A stretch of DNA of 32,000 nucleotides from positions 1,020,001-1,052,000 of the forward strand of contig NC_000964.3 of assembly GCF_000009045.1 (NCBI RefSeq). Reading direction: 5' to 3'. Positions 16,940 through 25,317 of this stretch are shown here, piece by piece. The notes under the pieces were generated by a model. That model ran no database searches. It saw only the letters and a program-made list of their open reading frames with translations, and was not told the DNA's origin. The DNA comes from Bacillus subtilis subsp. subtilis str. 168. Its GTDB lineage: Bacteria > Bacillota > Bacilli > Bacillales > Bacillaceae. Position 1 is the stretch's first letter; the number at the start of each line of letters is the position of its first letter. Both the position numbers and the translations under genes were made by a program.

Positions 16940-16955
16940 GCTCAAGGTTTTTTTA
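16921..16955. terminator. Bidirectional terminator between convergent yhdT and yhdU
   Basis: 10-bp stem AACCTTGAGC / GCTCAAGGTT. The loop GAGAAATAA contains the yhdT stop. A T-run follows. Confidence 0.85.
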
Positions 16956-17309
16956 TATTGTGATTGTCCAGCCGCACCAAAATGCAAAAAGCGACCCGCA
17001 AAGTGTCAGGACGATGTACAAGATGCTTTCTTTTACACGTTTGGCCATAAGGAGTTGAATAGTTTCAACGCTGAATGTGGAAAAGGTCGTAAAGGCGCCA
17101 AAAAACCCCGTGCCAATGATAAGCGAGACCGAAGCATTTGCAACGTGAAGTCCTGTAAATATTCCGAGCCCGAGAGCTCCGAGAATATTGACTGTCAGTA
17201 TGCCAATGGGCAGGCTGAGACCTTTGGTTTTGGCGGTTATGACATTGCCAAGCCAGAAGCGAAGCATTGCGCCAAGTCCGCCCCCTATGAAAATACCCGC
17301 TAGTGTCAT
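16953..17309 (-). CDS. yhdU: CrcB/Fluc fluoride channel subunit
   Basis: 118 aa, 4 TM, CrcB motif [10 protein letters not shown]. Its start overlaps the yhdV stop in ATGA. Confidence 0.92.
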
Positions 17310-17701
17310 TTTTCCTGCAGCCCCTTTCTTTGCTGAATGCCTGCTATGCGCCGTCCCACAAAAACACCAATCAGTGCAAATATGATCCCTGATATCAATG
17401 AGGCTGCCACATATAAAAGAGCCAATGAGGGTTGTCCTTGCAAAAGCATCACTGTTTCCTTAGAAAACGTGGACATTGTTGTGAAGCCTCCGCAAAAGCC
17501 GGTGCCTAAAAAAGCCGACAGCAGAGGCCGTTTTGCCCCGATCATAAAAAATCCGGTCAAAATGCCTAATAGAAGGCTGCCTGCCGCATTTTCCAGCCAG
17601 GTTGCCGCCGGGAACTGACCGGTGTGTATCCATAAGTTTAATCCGTATCGGAGGCAGGCGCCAAGCGCGCCTCCGATAAAAACCGCGCTATATATTTTCA
17701 T
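17306..17701 (-). CDS. yhdV: CrcB/Fluc fluoride channel subunit (second paralog)
   Basis: CrcB motif [10 protein letters not shown], 4 TM. The track starts at ATG 17710. AAGGA is better spaced for ATG 17701 (131 aa). Either start overlaps the yhdW 3' end. Confidence 0.88.
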
Positions 17702-18419
17702 GTTTGCCATCCTTTATGATGAAATCCGGGTAATCTGTAACGATGCCGTCCACGCCCATGGCTTGTAATTTTGCCGCTGTCTTTTGATTGTTGACAGTCC
17801 ATGCAAATATGTTTAAGCCATTTTTATTGATGGAGCCGATCATCAGACGGTTAAGCCGTGTGTGTTTTATATTGACATAGTTTGCAAAAGAGCGGAAGGC
17901 CTTCATCTGATTTCTGGACAGCATGCCAAAGTTGGGCCTTGTAATGACCGCTGTCGGAATCGAAGGATAAAGCTCGCGGAACCTTTGGACGGAGCGGAAC
18001 TGAAAGGATTGAACAATATTATTGATAGAAAAAGAAAATTGCCCTAATAGCTGTCCCACCTCTTCTTCAATTCCGACTTGAGACGGATGGCCTTTTAGTT
18101 CAATTAAAAGGCCGATTTTTTTGTGGTAGCGCTTGAGCACCGCTTCCAGGGTTGGAATACGCTCTCCTTGAAAAGCGGGACCGTACCAGCTTCCTGCATC
18201 GAGTTTTTGCAATTCCTCCAAGGTAAAATCCTTAACAAAGCCCGATCCGTTTGTTGTTCGGTCAACCCTGTCATCGTGTATCACAACAATCTGCCTGTCT
18301 TTTGTAAGCTGGACATCCAGTTCGATCATATCTGCATTCATTTTCACCGCAAGGTCAAATGCGGCAATCGTATTTTCCGGAGCGTAGCCGGATGCTCCGC
18401 GATGGGCAATGATGTACAA
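17688..18419 (-). CDS. yhdW: Glycerophosphodiester phosphodiesterase (GDPD family)
   Basis: 243 aa. GDPD N-terminal motif IAHRGASGYAPENT and ELDVQLTKD. TTG start with SD GAGGAG. Confidence 0.93.
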   Translation of the reverse strand: MYIIAHRGASGYAPENTIAAFDLAVKMNADMIELDVQLTKDRQIVVIHDDRVDRTTNGSGFVKDFTLEELQKLDAGSWYGPAFQGERIPTLEAVLKRYHKKIGLLIELKGHPSQVGIEEEVGQLLGQFSFSINNIVQSFQFRSVQRFRELYPSIPTAVITRPNFGMLSRNQMKAFRSFANYVNIKHTRLNRLMIGSINKNGLNIFAWTVNNQKTAAKLQAMGVDGIVTDYPDFIIKDGKHENI

Positions 18420-18603
18420 GCTAAGTCAGCTCCTCGTATGGGCATTTCTGTTATTGTATCAAATCCATATATGCACCGCGATACAAACTGGTGAATTTTT
18501 TCTGCCATATCGGAATGGTCCGGGCTGAGGAATGCGTATAACTAAAAAAAGACACTCAGCGTATCAGAACACATTTCGTCAGAAAATTAGGTCTTTCGAC
18601 ATG

Positions 18604-18631
18604 TTCACAACAAAATATGATCCTTTATAAT
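18604..18631 (+). promoter_or_regulatory. Sigma-A promoter candidate for yhdX
   Basis: TTCACA (18604-18609), 16-nt spacer, TATAAT (18626-18631), 21 nt upstream of the yhdX ATG. Confidence 0.5.
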
Positions 18632-18652
18632 AGCAAAAAAGGAGGCGAGATC

Positions 18653-18760
18653 ATGGGAAAAGGGAGAATCAGAGTGGAGGAAAGAATTAAAGCCGAAACG
18701 GATGCTGAAATGCAAAAAGCAACTCTCCTTGATCAGACACAAACGAAAAAAGGTAAGTGA
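18653..18760 (+). CDS. yhdX: Small hydrophilic protein (35 aa), function unknown
   Basis: My own translation is MGKGRIRVEERIKAETDAEMQKATLLDQTQTKKGK. Strong SD AAAGGAGG 7 nt upstream, its own promoter-like element and its own terminator. It is below the ORF-track length cutoff. Confidence 0.7.
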   Translation: MGKGRIRVEERIKAETDAEMQKATLLDQTQTKKGK

Positions 18761-18797
18761 CTGTCCCTATTGAATCTGGCTGATAGATGAATTGAGA

Positions 18798-18827
18798 AAT
18801 GACCCCGGCGTTTCGCCGGGGTTTTGT
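18798..18827 (+). terminator. Rho-independent terminator after yhdX
   Basis: GC-rich stem CCCCGGC / GCCGGGG, loop GTTTC, then TTTT. Confidence 0.8.
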
Positions 18828-18908
18828 GCTGCATAAGACATTTAAATGAACATCCTTACGAATATTTTAGTATAATAAACAATTGATTGGGATAGAGGGG
18901 AGACAGTC

Positions 18909-20024
18909 ATGCCGGATTATCTGCAGCAGTATTTTACGCTTGATAACATCATACAAATCGGCATCAGCTTGGCGATTTTGCTGGTGTTTCTTATACTTAG
19001 AAAATTATTCACAAGATATTTTTTTAACCTGCTTTTTAATTTGACAAACCGGCCGAAAACAGAAATTTTTAAACAGGTGGTTCTGGCGTTTGATAAGCCG
19101 GCCAGATGGTTTTTTGTTGCCCTTGGGCTGTTTTTAGCGATCCGGTATTCACCGTTTTTAGATGAGCAAATGCCGGTCATCAGCAAAATATACCGCTCAC
19201 TGATTGTGGCGCTCTTGTGTTGGGGTCTTTGTAATTTGACCGCAACATCGTCGTTTATCTTCCATAAGGTGAACCAGCGCTTCGAGCTTGACATGGATGA
19301 CATTCTGGCCCCGTTTTTATCCAAATTGCTCCGTTTTGTGATCATTGCGCTCAGTGTCAGTGTGATCGCTCAGGAATTCAATTATGATGTCAACGGATTT
19401 GTAGCGGGCCTTGGTCTTGGCGGACTGGCTTTTGCGCTTGCCGCGAAGGATACCATCAGCAACTTCTTCGGCGGTATTATCATTATTACTGAAAAGCCGT
19501 TTACAATTGGTGACTGGGTGGAGACGTCGACAGTAACAGGATCAGTCGAGGATATTACCTTTAGGAGCACGAGATTCAGAACAGCACAGGGGGCGCTTGT
19601 AACGGTGCCGAACTCTACGCTGTCGATGGAAGCGATCACGAACTGGACAAGAATGACCAAACGCCAGATTACGTTTTCCATCCATGTGTCCTACGCTACG
19701 CCGATTGAGAACCTTGAACGCTCCATTCATTCTCTCAGAACAATGCTCTTAGAGCATGAGGGCGTTGATAATGAAATAATCATGGTCAACTTTGATACGT
19801 TTGCCGACAGCTACTACAATTTATTTTTTAACTTCTATACAAAAACGACGGTTTGGGCTGAAAACCTTAATATTAGAGAGGATATCAACTATAAAATTAT
19901 TGAGATTTTAGGTGCAGAAGGCGTTCAGTTTGCATATCCCGGCCAAATGGTTGTTGTCAAGCAAAAGCACGAAAGCGACCAATTCCAGGTGAATCTAAAT
20001 AAAGAGGAAAAGGAACGGGCTTAA
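18909..20024 (+). CDS. yhdY: MscS-family small-conductance mechanosensitive channel
   Basis: 371 aa. N-terminal TM helices and the MscS pore/beta-domain motif GGIIIITEKPFTIGDWVE. SD AGAGGGGAGA. Confidence 0.93.
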   Translation: MPDYLQQYFTLDNIIQIGISLAILLVFLILRKLFTRYFFNLLFNLTNRPKTEIFKQVVLAFDKPARWFFVALGLFLAIRYSPFLDEQMPVISKIYRSLIVALLCWGLCNLTATSSFIFHKVNQRFELDMDDILAPFLSKLLRFVIIALSVSVIAQEFNYDVNGFVAGLGLGGLAFALAAKDTISNFFGGIIIITEKPFTIGDWVETSTVTGSVEDITFRSTRFRTAQGALVTVPNSTLSMEAITNWTRMTKRQITFSIHVSYATPIENLERSIHSLRTMLLEHEGVDNEIIMVNFDTFADSYYNLFFNFYTKTTVWAENLNIREDINYKIIEILGAEGVQFAYPGQMVVVKQKHESDQFQVNLNKEEKERA

Positions 20025-20026
20025 AA

Positions 20027-20060
20027 GAGAGACTTCGTCTGACAGAGGCGGAGTCTTTTT
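20027..20060 (+). terminator. Rho-independent terminator after yhdY
   Basis: Stem GACTTCG / CGGAGTC (one G-U), 11-nt loop, then TTTTT. Confidence 0.65.
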
Positions 20061-20093
20061 CATGGTAAAATAAGAGAAAAAGGCGGTGTTGAG

Positions 20094-20837
20094 TTGGAAA
20101 CATTCAAAAGTATTCTACATGAAGCACAGAGAATTGTTGTGCTGACCGGAGCGGGAATGAGCACAGAATCAGGGATCCCCGACTTTCGTTCAGCAGGGGG
20201 CATTTGGACGGAGGATGCCTCAAGAATGGAAGCGATGAGCCTTGATTATTTTTTAAGTTATCCGCGTCTGTTTTGGCCCAAATTCAAAGAATTGTTCCAG
20301 ATGAAAATGAGCGGCAGCTTTGAACCGAATGAAGGCCATTTGCTTTTAGCTGAGCTGGAGAAGCAAGGGAAGCAGGTCGATATTTTCACGCAAAACATTG
20401 ACGGTCTTCATAAAAAAGCGGGGAGCAGGCATGTGTACGAACTGCATGGTTCTATCCAGACAGCAGCTTGTCCGGCATGCGGCGCCCGATATGATCTTCC
20501 CCATTTGCTGGAGCGGGAGGTGCCGGAGTGCACGGCGGCCGGAAACAATGGGGACATTTGCGGAACGGTATTAAAAACCGATGTTGTTCTCTTTGGCGAT
20601 GCCGTCATGCACTTTGACACCCTTTATGAAAAGCTGGATCAAGCAGATCTTTTATTGGTTATCGGCACGTCTCTCGAAGTGGCTCCGGCTAGATTTGTGC
20701 CTGAGGATGCAAGCCTGATTCCCGGCATGAAGAAAGTCATCATAAACCTTGAACCAACGTATTGCGACAGCTTGTTTGACATGGTCATCCATCAAAAAAT
20801 CGGCGAGTTTGCCCGAAGTTTGGGCATGAAAAAGTGA
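20094..20837 (+). CDS. srtN: NAD-dependent protein deacetylase, Sir2 family (sirtuin)
   Basis: 247 aa. Sir2 motif GAGMSTESGIPDFRS, catalytic ELHGS and Zn-ribbon cysteines (CPACG ... C..AGNNGDIC). TTG start. Confidence 0.93.
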   Translation: METFKSILHEAQRIVVLTGAGMSTESGIPDFRSAGGIWTEDASRMEAMSLDYFLSYPRLFWPKFKELFQMKMSGSFEPNEGHLLLAELEKQGKQVDIFTQNIDGLHKKAGSRHVYELHGSIQTAACPACGARYDLPHLLEREVPECTAAGNNGDICGTVLKTDVVLFGDAVMHFDTLYEKLDQADLLLVIGTSLEVAPARFVPEDASLIPGMKKVIINLEPTYCDSLFDMVIHQKIGEFARSLGMKK

Positions 20838-20864
20838 GCCGCTTTATGCGCCTCACTTTTTTAT
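20829..20864. terminator. Bidirectional terminator between convergent srtN and yheN
   Basis: Stem AAAAGTGAG / CTCACTTTT with a 13-nt loop. It overlaps the srtN stop and abuts the yheN stop. Confidence 0.75.
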
Positions 20865-21709
20865 TCATGAACAGGAACCATTGTGTCCTCTAACACTCCG
20901 AAGGAATAGCCTTTTTCTTTTAATTTATTGATTAGTACCGGCAGCGCATTTACAGTAGCAGGAAGATCATGCATGAGAATTACATTTGGGCGGCTTGAAG
21001 AGCTGTGTTCCATATTCTCAAGCTGCTGTAATACGGCGGTCACATACTGTGAATTCCGGTATTTCCAGTCCATGCTGTCGATCGTCCAATCCCAGTACAC
21101 AAACCCATCTTTCTCCAGATTGCGAATTTGTGAGGCGGTTAGTGACGGCTTGCTTCCGTATGGCGTTCTGACAAGATCGGTTTTATATCCTGTAATGTCC
21201 TGCAGCGTGTCACGCGCCTCCTGCATTTCTTTTAGCGGAGATGTCGGTGTTTGATAGAACAATCTGTTATTGTGGGTAACGCCATGTAAACCGAGTGCGT
21301 GGCCTTCCTTTTCTGCTCTTTTCACAGCCTGCTTGAATTCGTTCATCCGCGGTGACAGCATAAAAAACGTCGCTTTTACATCAGCGCTTTTCAGTACGTC
21401 GAGCAAGCGGGTTGTAACGGCTGAAGGGCCGTCGTCGAAGGTTAAGTAAACCGTTTTATCTCCCATGTTCTGCTTTGTCTGCAGATGTTTTATCAGGAGA
21501 TCGGGGGAGTCGTTTTTCAGCTTAAGGCTTTCCTTCTCATCTCGAAGCTGGCCGTTTGTTGTGACAGTGACTTCCTTTGCTTTCGTTGAACTGTTGGAAT
21601 AACCCAAAATCACCATAAGCAAAAGCAGCACACATAAAACTGCTAAACTTGCAAATTTAAAAGCAAGCGAAACTGCAGAAGGAGAAGCCTCTCCTCTCGT
21701 TTGTCGCAT
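20861..21709 (-). CDS. yheN: Polysaccharide deacetylase (NodB/CE4 family), membrane-anchored
   Basis: 282 aa. N-terminal TM anchor and NodB motifs TFDDGP and HGVTH. SD GGAGAG. Confidence 0.93.
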   Translation of the reverse strand: MRQTRGEASPSAVSLAFKFASLAVLCVLLLLMVILGYSNSSTKAKEVTVTTNGQLRDEKESLKLKNDSPDLLIKHLQTKQNMGDKTVYLTFDDGPSAVTTRLLDVLKSADVKATFFMLSPRMNEFKQAVKRAEKEGHALGLHGVTHNNRLFYQTPTSPLKEMQEARDTLQDITGYKTDLVRTPYGSKPSLTASQIRNLEKDGFVYWDWTIDSMDWKYRNSQYVTAVLQQLENMEHSSSSRPNVILMHDLPATVNALPVLINKLKEKGYSFGVLEDTMVPVHE

Positions 21710-21918
21710 AACAATCTCTCCATTGGCATAAAATCTCTACATAATGCTGTACAGCAGGCAGCTTATGAAGATGCCTTATGTTTACAACCTATGTATTACC
21801 AGTCAAGTATACAGGAATAAAACTGGAAAGCACATAGAAAATTTGTCGAAATGTCAGATTTTAAGGAAAAAATAAACTCCTTTCCGCTATAGATCTCTTG
21901 ATCTTTCTGTTTTTCAGC

Positions 21919-21947
21919 TTGTCCAATATGGTAGAATTAGTGATAAT
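21919..21947 (+). promoter_or_regulatory. Sigma-A promoter candidate for dat
   Basis: TTGTCC (21919-21924), 17-nt spacer, GATAAT (21942-21947), 46 nt upstream of the ATG. Confidence 0.5.
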
Positions 21948-21993
21948 GACAGCTTGAATGACATCAGGGACATCTCGAAAAGGGAGGGCTTTT

Positions 21994-22842
21994 ATGAAGG
22001 TTTTAGTCAATGGCCGGCTGATTGGGCGCAGTGAAGCATCAATCGATTTGGAAGATCGCGGTTATCAGTTTGGTGACGGCATCTATGAAGTGATCAGGGT
22101 GTACAAAGGAGTATTGTTCGGCTTACGTGAGCATGCAGAGCGTTTTTTCAGAAGTGCTGCTGAAATCGGAATTTCACTGCCATTCAGTATAGAAGATCTC
22201 GAGTGGGACCTGCAAAAGCTTGTACAGGAAAATGCGGTCAGTGAGGGAGCGGTATACATTCAGACAACAAGAGGTGTGGCCCCGCGAAAACACCAGTATG
22301 AAGCCGGCCTCGAGCCGCAGACTACTGCCTATACGTTTACGGTGAAAAAACCGGAGCAAGAGCAGGCATACGGAGTGGCGGCCATTACAGATGAGGATCT
22401 TCGCTGGTTAAGATGTGATATCAAAAGTCTGAATTTACTGTATAATGTCATGACGAAGCAAAGGGCCTATGAAGCCGGAGCATTTGAAGCCATTTTACTT
22501 AGGGACGGCGTTGTTACGGAGGGTACATCCTCTAACGTTTATGCCGTTATCAACGGCACAGTGCGAACACATCCGGCTAATCGGCTCATTCTCAATGGAA
22601 TTACACGGATGAATATTTTAGGACTGATTGAGAAGAATGGGATCAAACTGGATGAGACTCCTGTCAGTGAAGAAGAGTTGAAACAGGCGGAAGAGATCTT
22701 TATTTCGTCAACGACGGCAGAAATTATTCCGGTCGTGACGCTCGATGGACAATCGATCGGAAGCGGGAAACCCGGACCGGTGACCAAACAGCTTCAGGCT
22801 GCTTTTCAAGAAAGCATTCAACAGGCTGCTAGCATTTCATAA
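21994..22842 (+). CDS. dat: D-alanine (D-amino acid) aminotransferase, PLP fold-type IV
   Basis: Motifs [12 protein letters not shown] and the CDIKSLNLL catalytic lysine block. GGGAGGG precedes ATG 21994 (282 aa). The 12-codon extension in the track lacks an SD. Confidence 0.93.
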
Positions 22843-22852
22843 ATGAACGAAG

Positions 22853-22890
22853 AAAAGAGCCCGCTTTTTACAGCGGGGCTCTTTTTATTT
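22853..22890. terminator. Bidirectional terminator between convergent dat and nhaC
   Basis: Stem GAGCCCGC / GCGGGGCTC (one bulged G), loop TTTTTACA, flanked by A-rich and T-rich runs. Confidence 0.8.
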
Positions 22891-24246
22891 TTTAACAAAT
22901 CCAATCAAAATGGAGATCATTGGCGATATATAGAGGAAGAACGTAAATGGGATGTAGTCTATGACTGGAACACCAAGTGCGCTCGCCATAAATGCGCCGC
23001 TGACGCCCCAAGGAATCAATGGGTTAATTAATGTTCCGCCGTCCTCTAATGATCTTGTCAGAAATTTTCGCTGGATGTTTCGTTTGTCATATAAAGATTT
23101 AAATGATTGTCCCGGTATTAATATCGATAAATACTGTTCGCCCGTTGCCAAGTTGACGCCGATGCTTGAGCAGACAGTTGCTGCAACAAGACGGCCTTTT
23201 GAGCGGATGCCTTTCATGACGCCTTCCAATAGTGCAGAAATCAATCCGATTTTCTCCATCAATCCGCCGAGTGCAAAAGCAATCATAATGAGAGAGACAG
23301 AGCCCATCATGGATTGCAGTCCGCCTCTGTTAATAATTTTAGCGGCTGCCTCATTGTCAGTTTCGAAAGTTGTGCCATTTTGTAAAGCTGTCATAAACGC
23401 CTGCAGGCTGCTGTAGGGTACAAAAATAGCAGTCAAAATTCCCGAGGAAATAATTCCGGCAGTCAGAACGGGGATTACTGATACCCGTTTCATTGCCAGC
23501 AAAACGACTAAGAGCGGAGAAAGAAGGGCCCACGGTGTCACGTTTGCAGCATCTTTTATTCCGGTTATGACCTGCTGAATATTATCGGTTGAAGCAGCGT
23601 CCGCTGACACTGATGAACCGAGAAAGTAAAACAGAACGACAGTGATGAGCAAAGCTGGAATGGTTGTGCCCATCATATGGCGAATGTGTTCAAAGATTGG
23701 TATTTCGCCTATTCCGGCTGCAAAGTTGGTTGTGTCCGACATCGGCGACATTTTATCCCCAAAACAAGCGCCGCATATGACTGCGCCTGCTGTCCATTCA
23801 AGCGGAACGCCAGCCGCGCTCGCCACGCCGATCAGCGCTACTCCGATTGTGCTTACAGTTGTCAGACTTGAGCCAACAAGTGTGCTGATGATCATACATG
23901 AAAACAAAGCAGTCAACAGAAGGTGGCTTGGTTCAATAAAGGATAGGGCATAAACTGTCATAGTCGGTATTGCGCCGCTGTACATCCAGGCGCCGATTAA
24001 GATGCCGATCAGCGCTAGAACAATAATCGGCTGTACGCCGTTTTTGATCCCGTCTACAATCCCTTTTTCAATGCTCTTCCAGGGAAATCCAAACCATAAA
24101 GCTGCTGCTGAAAGCATGACAACACTTAAAAACAGCGGGATATGAGGTTCTACATGAAGCAAGAATAAGCAAGAAATAATAATGCACAACATGAATATAA
24201 ATAAACCGACGGCTAACGGAAACGTCAGCTTTTTTTGAGAATCCAA
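22885..24246 (-). CDS. nhaC: Na+/H+ antiporter NhaC
   Basis: 453 aa, about 12 TM, NhaC-family. TTG start preceded by GGGGTG. Confidence 0.93.
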   Translation of the reverse strand: MDSQKKLTFPLAVGLFIFMLCIIISCLFLLHVEPHIPLFLSVVMLSAAALWFGFPWKSIEKGIVDGIKNGVQPIIVLALIGILIGAWMYSGAIPTMTVYALSFIEPSHLLLTALFSCMIISTLVGSSLTTVSTIGVALIGVASAAGVPLEWTAGAVICGACFGDKMSPMSDTTNFAAGIGEIPIFEHIRHMMGTTIPALLITVVLFYFLGSSVSADAASTDNIQQVITGIKDAANVTPWALLSPLLVVLLAMKRVSVIPVLTAGIISSGILTAIFVPYSSLQAFMTALQNGTTFETDNEAAAKIINRGGLQSMMGSVSLIMIAFALGGLMEKIGLISALLEGVMKGIRSKGRLVAATVCSSIGVNLATGEQYLSILIPGQSFKSLYDKRNIQRKFLTRSLEDGGTLINPLIPWGVSGAFMASALGVPVIDYIPFTFFLYISPMISILIGFVKK

Positions 24247-24298
24247 AATAACACCCCATATTTATCTTTAATGCTTTTGTGCTTTTGGGCACGAAAGC

Positions 24299-24307
24299 AT
24301 TATAACA
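24299..24307 (-). promoter_or_regulatory. Extended -10 promoter candidate for nhaC
   Basis: The minus strand reads TGtTATAAT, about 50 nt upstream of the TTG start and downstream of the nhaX terminator. Confidence 0.45.
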
Positions 24308-24345
24308 GAAAAAAACGAAAATCTATGTTTTTTCACAATTATGAA

Positions 24346-24376
24346 TATAAAAGAAGTGAGCACAGGGCGTGCTCAC
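24346..24376 (-). terminator. Rho-independent terminator after nhaX
   Basis: Minus strand: stem GTGAGCAC / GTGCTCAC, loop GCCCT, followed by TTCTTTTAT. It overlaps the nhaX stop codon. Confidence 0.75.
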
Positions 24377-24873
24377 TTTACAATCAGGACGGGTATATCC
24401 GATTTCGCTGAAAGCTTTTCACTTACACTTCCGAATATTAGCTTTTTCAGCCTGTTTTGGTCTCTGCTTCCGGTTACGATCATATCGGCAGAAATGCGGT
24501 TTGCATGCTCGATAATTGATTCAGCCGGATCGCCTTCTAATATATCGATATCTCCATCTGCCTGCTGTTCATTCAGCATCATTCTGGCTTCGGCGATGAC
24601 TTCTTCCGTACGGTCTTCATAGATCATTGGCTCAGGTGATGTTACATCCGATATCAGCGGATCAGGAACACTTGTCATGCCTCCGCTGATATAGCTTGCC
24701 TCAGCTGCGGGTCTGGGCGGGTCGATGACGGTCTGATTGTCTTTCATATCATGTGAATGGGCGACGGTAATAGCGGCATTTACGGTTTTAGCAAGATCAA
24801 TGGCTGTCAGAAGCGCTTTCTTACTATTTTCACTTCCGTCAAACGCAACAATGATACGGTCAGCATGGAACAT
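24373..24873 (-). CDS. nhaX: Universal stress protein (UspA family)
   Basis: USP C-terminal ATP-binding-type block MIVTGSRDQNRLKKLIFGSVSEKL. ATG 24873 (166 aa) sits downstream of the sigma-B-like promoter, so the 18-codon extension in the track would lie upstream of the promoter. Confidence 0.9.
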   Translation of the reverse strand: MFHADRIIVAFDGSENSKKALLTAIDLAKTVNAAITVAHSHDMKDNQTVIDPPRPAAEASYISGGMTSVPDPLISDVTSPEPMIYEDRTEEVIAEARMMLNEQQADGDIDILEGDPAESIIEHANRISADMIVTGSRDQNRLKKLIFGSVSEKLSAKSDIPVLIVK

Positions 24874-24907
24874 CCTTCTCACCCTTTCAAAGCGTCTTAC
24901 AACACTA

Positions 24908-24933
24908 CTACCCGAATTTGAGCACAATTAACC
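24908..24933 (-). promoter_or_regulatory. Sigma-B-type promoter of nhaX
   Basis: The minus strand reads GGTTAA (24933-24928), 14-nt spacer, GGGTAG (24913-24908), versus the consensus GTTTAA-N14-GGGTAT. Confidence 0.6.
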
Positions 24934-24953
24934 TTTTCCTATTCAAGTAATGA

Positions 24954-24982
24954 TTGACAATAAAAGGTTTTGTTTATATGAT
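24954..24982 (+). promoter_or_regulatory. Strong sigma-A promoter of the bmrBCD operon
   Basis: Consensus TTGACA (24954-24959), exactly 17-nt spacer, TATGAT (24977-24982). Confidence 0.75.
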
Positions 24983-25036
24983 GATAAAAAGATGAAATCA
25001 GAATGGAAGGAGGGTTTGCTATGCCAAGGAATTTGC

Positions 25037-25198
25037 GTGTTTATCAAACAGTTTCATATTGGCGCGGCAAACCTTTTGTTCTGTTTTCGTGAACGGTTTT
25101 TTAGGTCGGACCGCGCGCTGAAAAGCGCTGTGCGTAACATATCGGTTAAAAAAGGCATGGAGCTGACGCTTCATGCCTTTTTTATATACAAAATCTAA
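25037..25198 (+). CDS. bmrB: Leader peptide ORF of the bmrCD attenuator (yheJ/bmrB)
   Basis: 53-codon GTG-initiated frame spanning the leader and its terminator. The start is assigned from the annotated length as I remember it, and it has no good SD. An overlapping 23-codon ORF with a near-perfect SD is described in the findings. Confidence 0.5.
   Translation: MFIKQFHIGAANLLFCFRERFFRSDRALKSAVRNISVKKGMELTLHAFFIYKI
25148..25185 (+). terminator. Intrinsic terminator (attenuator) in the bmrB leader, upstream of bmrC
   Basis: Stem AAGGCATG / CATGCCTT (extendable through the flanking A/T runs), 12-nt loop, then TTTTTT. It lies 130 nt upstream of the bmrC ATG. This fits the published ribosome-mediated attenuation of bmrCD. 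Confidence 0.8.
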
Positions 25199-25317
25199 GG
25201 AAAGACAGGTGTATGGGATGTGAAGACAAATACAGAGGCGAGGGCAGTTCGTGCCAAACTGGATGAAAAAAGCTGCAAGGAAAAAATAGAAGGCGGCTGA
25301 TGAGGAGATGGGGATAG

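Noticed and set aside
17690-18600. I looked for a fluoride (crcB-motif) riboswitch upstream of the crcB pair.
   Set aside because: No stretch resembles the conserved crcB motif core, and the crcB genes are preceded directly by overlapping coding sequence. A covariance-model scan would be needed to be certain.
22961-23416. A 151-aa + strand ORF inside nhaC. Similar long antisense or alternative-frame ORFs occur inside yhdY (18917-19345), yheD (30904-31338), yhdT (15991-16437) and yhdW (18123-18494).
   Set aside because: All lie within strongly supported genes on the opposite strand and lack SD sequences and recognisable domains. This is typical six-frame noise.
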